Shown here piece after piece: positions 24,601 through 30,547 of a DNA stretch of 64,000 bases. The translations under genes and the position numbers were made by a program. The notes beneath the pieces were generated by a model. It had not been told where the DNA came from. It searched no databases and worked only from the letters and a program-made list of their open reading frames with translations. The stretch spans positions 1,888,001 through 1,952,000 of the forward strand of contig OZ241981.1 of assembly GCA_965204345.1 (NCBI GenBank). The letters are read 5' to 3'. This DNA is from Nitrosopumilus sp. GTDB taxonomy: Archaea > Thermoproteota > Nitrososphaeria > Nitrososphaerales > Nitrosopumilaceae. Within the stretch, counting starts at the first letter, position 1. Every line of letters begins with the position of its first letter.

Positions 24601-24780
24601 TCAGAACCACCTCAAACCGGCACAGATAAGAACAATGATCAAGAGTCAACATGCGGCCCCGGAACACAGCTGGTAGACGGAAAATGCGTGCCTGCTGATT
24701 CACAGAGCAGCTCCGAGGATCAAAAGGGCTTCTTTGCTGCAATCCAAGACTTTTTTAGCTCCCTGTTTGGATTTGCATAA
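6658..24780 (+). CDS. Giant (6040 aa) secreted surface protein/adhesin with tandem Ig-like beta-sandwich repeats
   Basis: Signal-peptide-like start (..PPAFAQ). Dozens of ~100-aa Thr/Asp/Val-rich repeats (FTATFSEDV..DITVTG..YTFDV..DLAGN.N.AS) and Cys-paired cadherin-like repeats (DPxGDTLSY). Gly-rich C-terminal linker. Confidence 0.9.
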   Translation: MIPLLVGGGTLISSAPPAFAQSISIDDVTIAEGESLSHPITLSGFGPTPDIFLSSIVGSDSSIPLSISQGGIITADISFDVVAHPSTGTDIRTNFDLSNDIQIRIGVDGSGAFRTSAFTLTVTDVNRIPAGTAPSFSLNIGETHTGNLASNIADPDGDTLSYTLTNNACQSSSVTVNPTGAFTVTATNNNAVTYPEDCSFTFEVTDGSATEQFTSSYRVLSTVSNSLPPIPASVPSATVEYPNLTVPQISLRDHFVDPEFDTLSFNNFSSCAAGVTLDVTLVNATIMQINPVASDVGTTCVVSFDISDGTTQSTGQPYSFELVITENPAPVRTATPLVIDVPADQPQTSTININDYYTDDKPLSINSVTSDDCSFRQVIVDVGIIEFTLLANDPEGVTCTVEMDVSDGNRSITATLTINHLERATASLNTDASDPTNLEAIPYTVTFGRDVTGFELDDIIVRHDDVIIRSGLITSIAGEGDEYTFTVTHSFTEGLLVVIVSQDAVVGGNDSAVSRITVDRIKPTVSIAPVDGTTTGDDPVTFTATFSEDVRNFVLGDITVSGTANDGSPVASNLLGTGSVYTFDVARGSTDGTVIASIAADVAEDLAGNLNEASAPVTATIYTVPVPTITSVRGLIDSTDPSETFRVTFSNPVTDFVADDILITGTANGGNPEISNFAGSGDTYTFDVAGGVSDGSVIISIPAGVAVHHLSGADNAASAQFDFLFLFFGPTTTISTTADPLTPLHTVPFIVTFSQDVFPLTLSDITVTGTANGGNPVASNLQILNSRTTSDGETVAPRFSFDVVRGSSDGTVTVSIPAAAATSSNFDSNIASNEITVTIDTTILPPVPAVAPVINLEHPVLDPHQEFSLDDHFTDPQGDTLSYTNISDDCTGTLTQQSPAGSDTFRFVSSAAETCTLSFDISDGTGASTGGAYTVNISVVLDAAPVRTATPLTVDVLSSQPRKVTLDINNYYTDTQTLTLVSAPTSSDCTDFVSTILSNGQFDFEPINAFASASTCTVQATFSDGNRHTTAELTINYLDAATVSLDTDVTDPTNSEAIQFTATFGSDVTGFIADDIVVTIDGNPATPGSLISAFSGSGADYAFTVTHGITAEGQLTVTIPANAVAEGNTASTVTTFTVDRIVPTVTITPADGTTTSDDPVTFTATFSEDVVNFEIGDITVTGTANATNPVASNLLGTGSVYTFDVARGTTDGTVTASIDAGVLADLAGNLNTASNSVTVTITTNTLPPVPAVTPGITLQHPVLAAHQEFSLDDHFTDPEGDTLSYTNPSDDCTGTLTQQPPAGSDTFRFVSSDAETCTLSFDISDGTIASTGSAYTVNISVVLDAAPVRTATPLTVDVPVDQPRKVTLDINNYYTDDGTLTLVSAPTSSDCTDFVSTILSNGQFDFEPINAFASASTCTVQATFSDGNRHTDTEITINYLSLPTVTVAEGESLSHQVSLPANFFPADVGLISTGHRYLSINLDGLVTGNIPFDVVTHPPTGTSIRDDFDLSTEIQVEYQLDDGADIITGSFTLTVTDVNRVPAGTVPPSFSFNIDETHTGNLATNIADPDGDTLSYTLDNNACQSSSVTVNPTGAFTVTATPNNAVTYPEDCSFTFDVTDGSATEQFTSSYRVLSTVTNLLPPIPASVPSATVEYPSITDPQISLRDHFEDPEFDTLSFNNFSSCAAGVTLDVTLLDNHNMQIAPFARDVGTTCVVSFDISDGTTQSTGQPYSFELVVTENPAPVRTATPLVIDVLSDQSRTVTIDINDYYTDDKSLSIFSTITSDDCTFRSTSPDSGVFTFEAIEDSTGGLTCTVQTTFSDGNYLTPVAFTINYLDRTSVSLTTDVGDLTNLEAIPYTVTFGRAVTGFDQDDIIVRIDETTTTPGLITSFAGEGAQYTFTVTHGLTESLLVVVIPADAADGGSASDISRITVDRANPTVSITPADGTITSDDPVTFTATFSEDVQNFILSDITVTGTANGTNPAAANFVTVDARTYTFDVARGTSDGTVTASIAADVATDLAGNLNAASAPVTVTIDTTVPSVSLDTTAADTTNSEAIEFTATFDRDVTQFVQEDIVVAINGTDTSGLISAFSGSGADYAFTVTHGIATQGELAVTIPDGVVAEGNTASTHTLTVDRIRPSVSITPADGTTTSDNSVTFTATFSEDVEDFELTDITVTGTANGGVPAAANFVTVDASTYTFDVARGSTDGTVIPSIAADIATDLAGNLNTASNSVTVTITTNTLPPVPAVTPGITLQHPVLAAHQEFSLDAHFTDPEGDTLSYTNISDDCTGTLTQQPPAGSDTFRFVSSTAETCTLSFDISDGTDASTGAAYTVNISVVLDAAPVRTATPLTVDVLSSQPRKVTLDINNYYTDDGTLTLVSAPTSSDCTDFTSTILSNGQFDFEPINAFAGASTCTVQATFSDGNRHTTAELTINYLDAATVSLDTDVTDPTNSEAIQFTATFGSDVTGFIADDIVVTIDGNPATPGSLISAFNGSGADYTFTVTHGITAEGQLTVTIPANAVVEGNTASATTTLTVDRIVPTVTITPADGTTTGDDPVTFTATFSEDVEDFELTDITVTGTANGGSPEASNLLGTGSVYTFDVARGSTDGTVIPSIAADVATDLAGNSNTASAPVTVTIDTVPLTVSVTTTVGENTNSDTVTFTATFSKDVEDFILTDITVTGTANGGSPAASNLLGTGSVYTFDVARGSTDGTVIPSIAADVATDLAGNPNTASAPVTVIIDTLAPTVSVSSSTGSSTGLDTVPFRVTFDEDVENFVLDDITVAGTANGGTLTASGFATVDARTYTFNVAGISSDGTVIASIAADVATDLAGNPNTASAPVTVTVDTTVPSVFLDTTATDPTNSDTVNFTATFDEDVTGFVQSDIVVAIDGTPAANSLITAFSGSGADYTFTVTHGIAAEGQLTVTIPDDAVVEGNTANTRTLTVDRIDPTVTITPVDGTITGDDPVTFTATFSEDVENFVLADITVTGTVNGGSPVASNLLGDGSVYTFDVARGSTDGTVTVSIAGDVARDLADNPNTASNSVTITITTLPPVPAVSPGITLQHPVLDPHQEFSLDDHFTDPNGDTLSYTNISDDCTGTLTQQPPAGSDTFRFVSSDAETCTLSFDISDGTYTSTGGAYTVNISVVLDAAPVRTATPLTVDVLSSQPRKVTLDINNYYTDTQTLTLVSAPTSSDCTDFTSTILSNGQFDFEPINAFASASTCTVQATFSDGNRHTTADLTINYLDAATVSLDTDVTDPTNSEAIPFTATFGSDVTGFIADDIVVTIDGNSATPGSLITAFSGSGADYAFTVTHGIAAEGQLAVTIPANAVVEGNTASATTTLTVDRIDPTVTITPADGTTTGDDPVTFTATFSEDVENFELADITVTGTANGGSPVASNFVTLDARTYTFDVARGTTDGTVIASIAADVATDLAGNSNTASNSVTVTVDTTVSSVSLDTTAADPTNSEAIEFTATFDRDVTQFTLEDIVVAINGTDTSGLISAFSGSGADYAFTVTHGITTQGELTVTIPANAVVEGNTASTHTLTVDRIRPSVSITPADGTTTSDNSVTFTATFSEDVEDFELADIRVTGTANGTNPVASNLLGTGNVYTFDVARGTTDGTIIPSIAADVATDLAGNLNTASNLVTVTITTNTLPPVPAVTPGITLQHPVLAAHQEFSLDAHFTDPEGDTLSYTNISDDCTGTLTQQPPAGSDTFRFASSAAETCTLSFDISDGTDASTGAAYTVNISVVLDAAPVRTATPLTVDVLSSQPRKVTLDINNYYTDTQTLTLVSAPTSSDCTDFTSTILSNGQFDFEPINAFASASTCTVQATFSDGNRHTTADLTINYLDAATVSLDTDVTDPTNSEAIPFTATFGSDVTGFIADDIVVTIDGNSATPGSLISTFSGSGADYAFTVTHGITAEGQLTVTIPTNAVVEGNTASATTTLTVDRIVPTVTITPADGTTTGDDPVTFTATFSEDVENFVLADITVAGTANGGTPTASNFVTLDARTYTFDVARGTTDGTVIASIAADVATDLAGNSNTASNSVTVTVDTTVSSVSLDTTAADPTNSEAIEFTATFDRDVTQFTLEDIVVAINGTDTSGLISAFSGSGADYAFTVTHGITTQGELTVTIPANAVVEGNTASTHTLTVDRIRPSVSITPADGTTTSDNSVTFTATFSEDVEDFELADIRVTGTANGTNPVASNLLGTGNVYTFDVARGTTDGTIIPSIAADVATDLAGNLNTASNLVTVTITTNTLPPVPAVTPGITLQHPVLAAHQEFSLDAHFTDPEGDTLSYTNISDDCTGTLTQQPPAGSDTFRFASSAAETCTLSFDISDGTDASTGAAYTVNISVVLDAAPVRTATPLTVDVLSSQPRKVTLDINNYYTDTQTLTLVSAPTSSDCTDFTSTILSNGQFDFEPINAFASASTCTVQATFSDGNRHTTADLTINYLDAATVSLSTDVTDPTNSEAIPFTATFGSDVTGFIADDIVVTIDGNSATPGSLITAFSGSGADYAFTVTHGIAAEGQLAVTIPANAVVEGNTASATTTLTVDRIDPTVTITPADGTTTGDDPVTFTATFSEDVENFELADITVTGTANGGSPEATNLNGEGSVYTFDVARGSTDGTVTPSIAANVATDLAGNSNTASAPVTVTVDTTVPSVSLDTTAADPTNSEAIEFTATFNEDVTGFIADDIVVAINGTDTSGLISAFSGSGADYAFTVTHDITTQGELTVTIPDGAVAEGNTASIHTLTVDRIDPSVTITPADGTTTSDNSVTFTATFSEDVEDFELADITVTGTANGGNPVADNFVTVDDRTYTFDVARGSSDGTVSPSIGANVATDLAGNSNTASAPVTVTIDTIVPTVSITPADGTITGDDPVTFTATFSEDVQNFVLADITITGTANDGNPAAANFVTVDDRTYTFDVARGSSDGTVTSSIAADVATDLAGNSNTASAPVTVTIDTTALTVSITPADGTITGDDPVTFTATFSEDVQDFVLADITITGTANDGNPVATNFATVDARTYTFDVARGSTDGTVSPSIAANVATDLAGNSNTASAPVTVTIDTIVPTVSITPADGTITGDDPVTFTATFSEDVQNFVLADITVTGTANGDAPAATNFATVDARTYTFDVARGTTDGTVTPSIAVDVATDLAGNSNTASAPVTVTIDTLVPTVSVTTTANDLTNSDTITFTATFNEDVQNFVLADITVAGTANDGAPAAANLVTVGARTYTFDVARGSSDGTVTASIDAGALTDLAGNSNTASNLVTVTIDTTAPTVSVSSPAGSSTGLDTVPFIVEFREDVEEFILTDITVTGTANNGTLTATDFVAVDASTYTFNVAGISSDGTVIISIAADVAADLAGNPNTASAPVTVTINTDVPYVSLSTDAADPTNSEAISFTATFSEDVTGFVQSDIGVEIDGTPAANSLITAFTETSGIQYDFTVAHGITLEGQLTVRIPDNVVEGDNTDAVHIITVDMVRPSVTITSADGTTTGDDPVTFTATFNEDVQNFELGDITVEGTANGGSPTASNIGGTGSVYTFNVARGSSDGTVIVSIAADVATDLAGNPNTASAPVTVTINTTGDDIEDNIPLGGPDGQPTYEPSSNLITLNVIHDTLPDTIIATDGQLINFNGAPTFADDSANGVKSVTISNSTTVVTSAVSNSQTVTVTYPANVVVTGSFGDWTGRIAVPSLSTGTATPPTPNDEIGLAFSVGDDNTRLTFDQAVRLLLPGQASHDGAFFQGEDADGVIDSRPLVVCPFVPVNQATANDNLEAGSALESCFTRPGSDMIIWTTHFSSFGSFSVSDDQPAVTPSASSGGNRGGGGGGGGGGGGGNSGQSPDSRICGLQLCSEINTGTGSSSGSSISTNNTQTGAGQDLMDPEPQVPGLNEAEEEKKEEGLIKMDPEPAMETQMDPEPAMETDMDPEPAMETQMDPEPSMEIEMDPEPQVPGLNEKTDPEPTAEAGTSTMMDSEPPQTGTDKNNDQESTCGPGTQLVDGKCVPADSQSSSEDQKGFFAAIQDFFSSLFGFA
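15820..20480 (+). repeat. Near-identical 1815-bp (605-aa) tandem repeat unit, about 2.5 copies, inside the giant gene
   Basis: Equivalent positions recur at 16141/17956/19771; shadow ORFs repeat with a 1815-bp offset (17499 vs 19314, 16590 vs 18405). Boundaries approximate. Confidence 0.85.
24322..24570 (+). repeat. 30-bp coding repeats (MDPEPAMET[Q/D])
   Basis: ATGGACCCAGAACCAGCTATGGAAAC recurs in tandem. Confidence 0.85.
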
Positions 24781-25551
24781 TTACTGGGACAAACAAGTCA
24801 GGATGATTCTATTGAAACACTACCATGTACAACTTGTTTGCCACCAATGCAATACTTTGAACCAATTGGCTCCAAATGACTTGAGAGACCTGTGAAGATA
24901 ATAGCAAGCCACGGATCAAACATCTCAGAATCTGCAGAAATGCATGACAGAAATGCCCTTAGGCCTGCAGGCGAGGAAATAAAATCTGCCAACATACTTT
25001 CTTTCAATACTCAAATCATTCTAATTTTTGTTACCTCAGATGAAAGATTAAAAATCCTCCTCAATACTGCCTTGATGTAAAATACAGTCCATTTCCGTAT
25101 TGGTTGTTGAAGAAATGCTAGAGGATTCAAACATAAAACAAAAACTAAAATCATAAAAGATTTAAAATTTCAGACTAGTCTTGCCCGAAAGAATACTAGA
25201 GAATTAAACTCTATGACAAAAAAAAAACACAGACTGATTGGGATGTTGCCATGCAAAAATCTGAAGAAATAATTTTACATGCCGGGAAAAAAGGATACAA
25301 AATAAGTGAAAAAATTGCCATACAATGCGGATCACTTGGCCCTAAATTCAAAAGAAAAACAAAGGCAAGCATAAAAGCCGGAAAGATACAGCTGACTTTT
25401 AAAGTGATGATTTGGATTTGCTAAAAAAACTTGTAGATTTCCAAAAAGCAGAAATCATCACAAACAAGGCATTCCAAGAAAAAAAATAAAGGCAATCCTT
25501 TCAAAAATTCAGATCTCTTTTCAGGCTCATTTTTTATAAACTTCTTAAATA

Positions 25552-25971
25552 TTGCAATCTCTTAACTATGTGATGAGTCGTGAGGATTTCAACTATGCTT
25601 CTATTTTGGTGCAAGATATTATGACTAGGGCACTAATTACCGTAAACTTATCCACTACTGCATTACAGATTGCAAAAATGATGGAACAAGGAGGAATTGG
25701 TGCAATTATTGTGCAGGAAAACAACAATCCTGTCGGAATTATAACTGATAGAGACTTTGCAACAAGGCTTGCTGCAAACAATCTTCCATTTGATACTCCT
25801 GTTGAAAAAATAATGTCTGCACCGCTGATCACAATTAATCACAATGAGCCCATCTCTGCTGCTGCTCAAAGAATGACTAGCAAAAAAATACGAAAACTTG
25901 CCGTTACTGAAAATGGCAGGGTAATTGGAATAATCACTTCTACTGACTTGGTCACTCAGCTGGCAAAATAG
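25552..25971 (+). CDS. CBS-domain pair protein
   Basis: VQDIMT..GIITDRD..VEKIMSAPLITI..GIITSTDL. Confidence 0.9.
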   Translation: MQSLNYVMSREDFNYASILVQDIMTRALITVNLSTTALQIAKMMEQGGIGAIIVQENNNPVGIITDRDFATRLAANNLPFDTPVEKIMSAPLITINHNEPISAAAQRMTSKKIRKLAVTENGRVIGIITSTDLVTQLAK

Positions 25972-26453
25972 CTGGAATGTTTTTGTCTCTCTCTGCGAAA
26001 GACTGACTCAAACATGTGGCAGCCTGCTAAATGACTCTTGGGAACAATGATGACAATGACAATACTGTTCTGCTTTTATTTTCAGAAAACAAGGCAACGC
26101 AGGCCTTTATTGCCAAATATACCGTTTACTGCCCCAAGTGATCAAACCAGTGTCTCATTTTCACCTGTGATTGCCTTTGATTCATCAAATTACATCCTTT
26201 TTTTATTATCAAAATAAAATATCATGAAAAAAAAAATTCCAAAATAAATTACGCATCCTATAACATCTGCAATTATGACACTATTTGGGCAACTCTTGTT
26301 CTTCTCTAGTTGTAACACTGCAGGTGATGCTCAGATGACAAAGCAAATCAGGGAATAAAGCCCCTATGCTACATGCAATGATTGCGGACTTGGCTTATGG
26401 TGTGCTTTTGTCTAGCTAACAACTAATATCTTGCATCATTTCATAACTAGGCT

Positions 26454-27008
26454 ATGAAAAAAAGATGCAGGTGGGCAAAAGGTGATCTCAATATCTCTTA
26501 CCATGATGCTGAATGGGGTGTGCCCCAGCACGATGATCAAAAACTGTTTGAATTTCTGATATTGGAAGGCGCACAAGCTGGATTGGCCTGGGTTACCATT
26601 CTTAGTCGCAGAGAAGGCTATAGGAAGGCCTTTTCTGACTTTGATGCATCCAAAGTCTCAAAATACACTAAAAGACACGTAAGAAGACTGCTTGAGGATG
26701 AGGGCATTATTCGTAATAAGCTAAAGATTCATTCTGCAATTAACAACGCAAAGCAATTTCTCAAGGTCCAATCCGAATTTGGCACCTTTGATCAGTATCT
26801 GTGGTCTTTTGTAAATTACAAGCCAGTCAAAAACAAATTCAAAAAACACTCTGATCTGCCTGCATCTACTCTGCTATCTGAAAAATTAAGCGCGGATCTT
26901 AAGAAGCGCGGATTTAGTTTTGTCGGTCCTACAATATGCTATGCCTTAATGCAGGCCGTAGGAATGGTAAATGATCATACTTCTGAGTGTTTTTTGTTTA
27001 AAAATTAA
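26454..27008 (+). CDS. tag: DNA-3-methyladenine glycosylase I
   Basis: RCRWA..YHDAEWGVP..LEGAQAGLAW..IIRNKLKI..FVGPTICYA.MQAVGMVNDH..C. Confidence 0.95.
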   Translation: MKKRCRWAKGDLNISYHDAEWGVPQHDDQKLFEFLILEGAQAGLAWVTILSRREGYRKAFSDFDASKVSKYTKRHVRRLLEDEGIIRNKLKIHSAINNAKQFLKVQSEFGTFDQYLWSFVNYKPVKNKFKKHSDLPASTLLSEKLSADLKKRGFSFVGPTICYALMQAVGMVNDHTSECFLFKN

Positions 27009-27038
27009 TTTTTAAGGAGGATTTATCCTTCTCTATAT

Positions 27039-27410
27039 ATGGCAGAAGGAAAGTTTGCAACGTCTGTGTCCTGTATGGATGGGAGGATACAGCTGCCCTT
27101 GGCAAGATGGATCAAAGAAAACCACTCTGTAGACTTTGTTGATGCAATTACAGAGCCTGGGATTGATAGGAAAGTTGCAGACGACTCTGACCTTGAGTCA
27201 GTTAGGGCCAAAATTGATATCTCAATTAATGCCCATAAATCCGAACTAGTTGTGGTGTCTGGCCATTATGACTGTGCTGGTAACCCTGTATCTGATGAGG
27301 AACATATTTCACACATCAAAAAAAGCGTTAAAGTAATTTCATCATGGAATCTAAACGCCAGGGTCATAGGCCTTTGGGTTGACGCCTCTTGGAACGTTCA
27401 CCCTGTTTGA
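27039..27410 (+). CDS. Small beta-carbonic-anhydrase-like protein
   Basis: Zn-ligand motifs SCMDGR and GHYDCAG. Confidence 0.75.
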   Translation: MAEGKFATSVSCMDGRIQLPLARWIKENHSVDFVDAITEPGIDRKVADDSDLESVRAKIDISINAHKSELVVVSGHYDCAGNPVSDEEHISHIKKSVKVISSWNLNARVIGLWVDASWNVHPV

Positions 27411-27414
27411 TGCC

Positions 27415-28683
27415 ATGAATCAAAAATTAGCCCAATTCTCAAAAACTGCTGGTCCGGGAATTTTGTTTGCCAGTACCGCCATTGGCGTTTCTCATCTAAT
27501 ACAATCCACAAGGGCAGGTGCAGATTTTGGATTGTTAATTATGGGGTTTGTAGTTTTAGCCATGGTCTTAAAATACCCGTTCTTTGAATACGGTTCCCGC
27601 TATGCAAGTTCCACGCAAACAAGCATAATTGACGGATACAAAAAGCTTGGCAAGCCTGCACTCTCCTTGTATTTTGTACTGATAGTATCCTCCATGTTCT
27701 TTGTCACCGGAGCAGTCGGCTTTGTCACTGCCGGCTTTTTTGAAAATCTTTTTGGCATAGATTTTCTTGGCAAATGGACTGTTGTTATCTTGTTTGCAGT
27801 GTGTGTGATAATTTTGGCTGTTGGAAAATACAATGCCCTTGATAGCCTAATCAAAATAGTCGCAATAGTGATGCTAGTATCCACCGTGACTGCATTTGTC
27901 TTGGTACTGTATGACGGGCCCATAGAGCCAGTAGAGGGATTCGTACCTGCGGACCTGCTGACCGTATCTGGCGTCTTCTTTTTGCTTGCACTGATGGGCT
28001 GGATGCCTGCACCCCTGGAAATCTCTAGCTGGAACAGCCTGTGGACACTGGAGAGAATCAGGCAATCCCGTTACAAGCCAAAACTAAAGGAGACGATATT
28101 TGAATTCAAGTTTGCATATGTGATTACGGGCATTCTTGCTGTGATGTTTGTAACTTTGGGCTCTTACATGTTCTTTGGCTCAGGCGAGCAGCTCCCAAAC
28201 AACAACGCACAATTTGCACACAAGGTGATCACTTTGTATACTAGTACCATTGGGGACTGGAGCCATCTTATCATCTCTGCATCTGCCTTTGCAATAATGT
28301 TTGGAACCATTATTGCCGTCTTTGATGGGTATTCCAGATCCCTGAGAAGAACCATTGAGTTGCTTTTTACCTCAAATGAGGGCGGTATCCAGGGAACAAA
28401 ATCCCGAGTTTTGTATGTTGTGCTGCTCTTGATAATTGCCATTGGCTCGCTTACCGTAATATTCCAATTCGGCGACAATCTAAAGGCACTAGTTGACTTT
28501 GCCACCGTCCTGTCTTTTGTTGTTGCGCCAGTAATTGCCATCTTTAATTTTAGGCTGGTCACTGGAAGGTTTCTCCCAGAGTCAGAGCACCCCTCCCTGC
28601 TGATGAGAATTATCAGTGCTGTTGGGATTGCATTTCTGATTGGTTTTGCACTGTTATTTTTAATAGTAAAGTTTGGCACATGA
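27415..28683 (+). CDS. NRAMP-like (APC fold) divalent metal transporter
   Basis: GPGILFASTAIGVSHLIQSTRAGA motif and about 11 TM segments; start placed at the ATG at 27415. Confidence 0.8.
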   Translation: MNQKLAQFSKTAGPGILFASTAIGVSHLIQSTRAGADFGLLIMGFVVLAMVLKYPFFEYGSRYASSTQTSIIDGYKKLGKPALSLYFVLIVSSMFFVTGAVGFVTAGFFENLFGIDFLGKWTVVILFAVCVIILAVGKYNALDSLIKIVAIVMLVSTVTAFVLVLYDGPIEPVEGFVPADLLTVSGVFFLLALMGWMPAPLEISSWNSLWTLERIRQSRYKPKLKETIFEFKFAYVITGILAVMFVTLGSYMFFGSGEQLPNNNAQFAHKVITLYTSTIGDWSHLIISASAFAIMFGTIIAVFDGYSRSLRRTIELLFTSNEGGIQGTKSRVLYVVLLLIIAIGSLTVIFQFGDNLKALVDFATVLSFVVAPVIAIFNFRLVTGRFLPESEHPSLLMRIISAVGIAFLIGFALLFLIVKFGT

Positions 28684-28715
28684 TCCTTTAAATTTGACGA
28701 ATCCAAATTCCTTTT

Positions 28716-29234
28716 ATGAAAATCTCAGCTAAAATAAAAAAATCCCTAAACGATCAGGTTCTGCTTGAGGCCTCTGCATCCAACAGCTATCTTGCAATGG
28801 CCTCTTGGTGTGAAGTCACCGGGTATCAGGGCGCCGCAAGTTACTTTTATGCCCAGTCCGATGAGGAACGAGCCCACATGCTAAAGATTGTTCATTACCT
28901 TAATGACGTGGGTGCAGCTGCCGTAATTCCTGCAACCAAAGCTCCTGCTGTCTCTTCCTACAAATCCCTTGAGGGACTAGTCAAGGCAGCACTAAAAAAT
29001 GAGCAGGCTGTAACTGCGGCCATTTACAATATCCTTGAAGTTGCACAAAAAGAAAAGGATCACTCGACATGTGTCTTTCTGGAATGGTTTGTCAATGAGC
29101 AAGTTCAGGAAGAAACAAAGTTTGAGACTCTCTTACAAAAGTTTGATCTGATTGGACGCGACAAACTGGCCATAAACGAGATTGACAAAATTCTTGCAGC
29201 AGAGGCTGCTGCACCTGCAGACCCTGCCGTCTAG
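28716..29234 (+). CDS. ftnA: Ferritin
   Basis: Ferroxidase residues (E..ASNSYLAM, QSDEERAH, EQAVT, FLEWFVNEQVQEE). Confidence 0.92.
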   Translation: MKISAKIKKSLNDQVLLEASASNSYLAMASWCEVTGYQGAASYFYAQSDEERAHMLKIVHYLNDVGAAAVIPATKAPAVSSYKSLEGLVKAALKNEQAVTAAIYNILEVAQKEKDHSTCVFLEWFVNEQVQEETKFETLLQKFDLIGRDKLAINEIDKILAAEAAAPADPAV

Positions 29235-29280
29235 ATGTGCGTTCTAAAATAATTAATACTGCGTTATTTTAATTTTTTTT

Positions 29281-29613
29281 ATGACAGTTACCGTTACAAG
29301 AAAGCCCGGCGGGATTACTCAGTTGTTTAACACTGACACCGGCCGTGTTACCTACAAGTGCAAGGCAGAATCTGCATATATGCTCATAGAGGCATTTGGC
29401 GGCATTGTAAAATTTAATCAGAAAGGGGCAATGGCTACCGTCACGGGGCATACTACATCCCTTGAGTCCTGTGATGTTATCAAAAAGGGACACTCCGATT
29501 ACAAAGAGGCACTAGATGCAATCATTTGGTCTCACAAGGAATTTGCCCAAGGCGTTTCTGATGCATATCAGAATGAAATCCAAGAGTTGGAAGACAAGCT
29601 GTCTGAAACATGA
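29281..29613 (+). CDS. Hypothetical protein
   Basis: 110-aa ORF with ATG start. Confidence 0.65.
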   Translation: MTVTVTRKPGGITQLFNTDTGRVTYKCKAESAYMLIEAFGGIVKFNQKGAMATVTGHTTSLESCDVIKKGHSDYKEALDAIIWSHKEFAQGVSDAYQNEIQELEDKLSET

Positions 29614-29663
29614 TTTTTTAGCATCATCATCTTTTTTTTAGAGCTGCTGCTGCTTTTTTTGTT

Positions 29664-29837
29664 TTAGCCATAAATCATACAGTGCTCACACTCGCAGGCC
29701 TCTTGTTCTTTTGATTTTTTAAGACATTTTTTGTGCTGACCTGCCTGGCACTGAACGCAAATCTCTTCAATGTTTTCCACACTTGTGTACTTTTTTGATT
29801 GGTCAAAACCAAATCCCCCGTCCTGTGGTCCTACCAT
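29664..29837 (-). CDS. Small Cys/His-rich (putative metal-binding) protein
   Basis: CVQC..H..C...CECEHC; start uncertain. Confidence 0.6.
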   Translation of the reverse strand: MVGPQDGGFGFDQSKKYTSVENIEEICVQCQAGQHKKCLKKSKEQEACECEHCMIYG

Positions 29838-29871
29838 GATTTTCTTTGATTGACGTTCTATTTCTACCTCA

Positions 29872-30170
29872 CTAATTGATGGCAGATCTAATCGTATCCT
29901 GCAATTCTTTTTTGTGCGTTTCAATAATCCCTCGTATCTCAAAGGTATCTACGTATCCTCCTGCTGAAGCCCTTGTGGCCTTTAGTAAGTAATGCAGGGC
30001 TCCCTCCTCGATCTTTCCTACATAATACCCGTATAGGAAATCTGATTCTGCATCACATCTCCAAATTTGCTTGACTGTGGGAAATGTCTGCCTGATTTCA
30101 GTTGGTATCTCCCTGATTCTTCTCTGAATGTATTGGTCAAGCGATCTTCTGATTGTAGAGTCCTCTAACA
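29872..30170 (-). CDS. Hypothetical protein
   Basis: Coding-like part of ORF 29872..30246 (..DFLYGYYVGKIEEG..); start approximate. Confidence 0.65.
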
Positions 30171-30200
30171 ACTTGTTTCTGGTTGTACATACTCTCTTTT

Positions 30201-30347
30201 TTAGTCCTTTTTTTCCTTGTCTGTCTTTTCTCCCGGCTTGTCCCACATGTGCATGGTGCCCCTGATCATAAATGAGCCTACTATTATTGCAACTAGCCCC
30301 CCTGCTATGAACAAAAAGAATCTCCCAATATCCTTAATGCCTGCCAT
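30201..30347 (-). CDS. 48-aa single-TM microprotein (not in the ORF track)
   Basis: Hand translation: MAGIKDIGRFFLFIAGGLVAIIVGSFMIRGTMHMWDKPGEKTDKEKKD. Confidence 0.6.
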   Translation of the reverse strand: MAGIKDIGRFFLFIAGGLVAIIVGSFMIRGTMHMWDKPGEKTDKEKKD

Positions 30348-30547
30348 ACTGGTATTTACGGCCTGACTAGTTATAACTGTCTAAACATTTCAATTAGATT
30401 CAATAATGAGTCTGCAGGCCTCTTTTCATGTCTAAAATTAAACAAATTGCTGCCTGGGTTGCAATTATCGGGGGAGGAATTGGATTTTTCTTCTTCTCCA
30501 TTGAAATGGCAGAATTCATGCGCTAGGCATGAAACCTAAATACGTTC

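Noticed and set aside
6658-24780. Diversity-generating retroelement acting on the adhesin repeats
   Set aside because: No reverse transcriptase in the window, and differences between copies are not adenine-specific.
4856-25550. Intact integrative element or provirus at tRNA-Arg
   Set aside because: No integrase, viral hallmark gene or duplicated tRNA 3' end could be found by eye.
25975-26450. Long intergenic gap as an ncRNA or relic
   Set aside because: No convincing structure, repeat or reading frame was seen.
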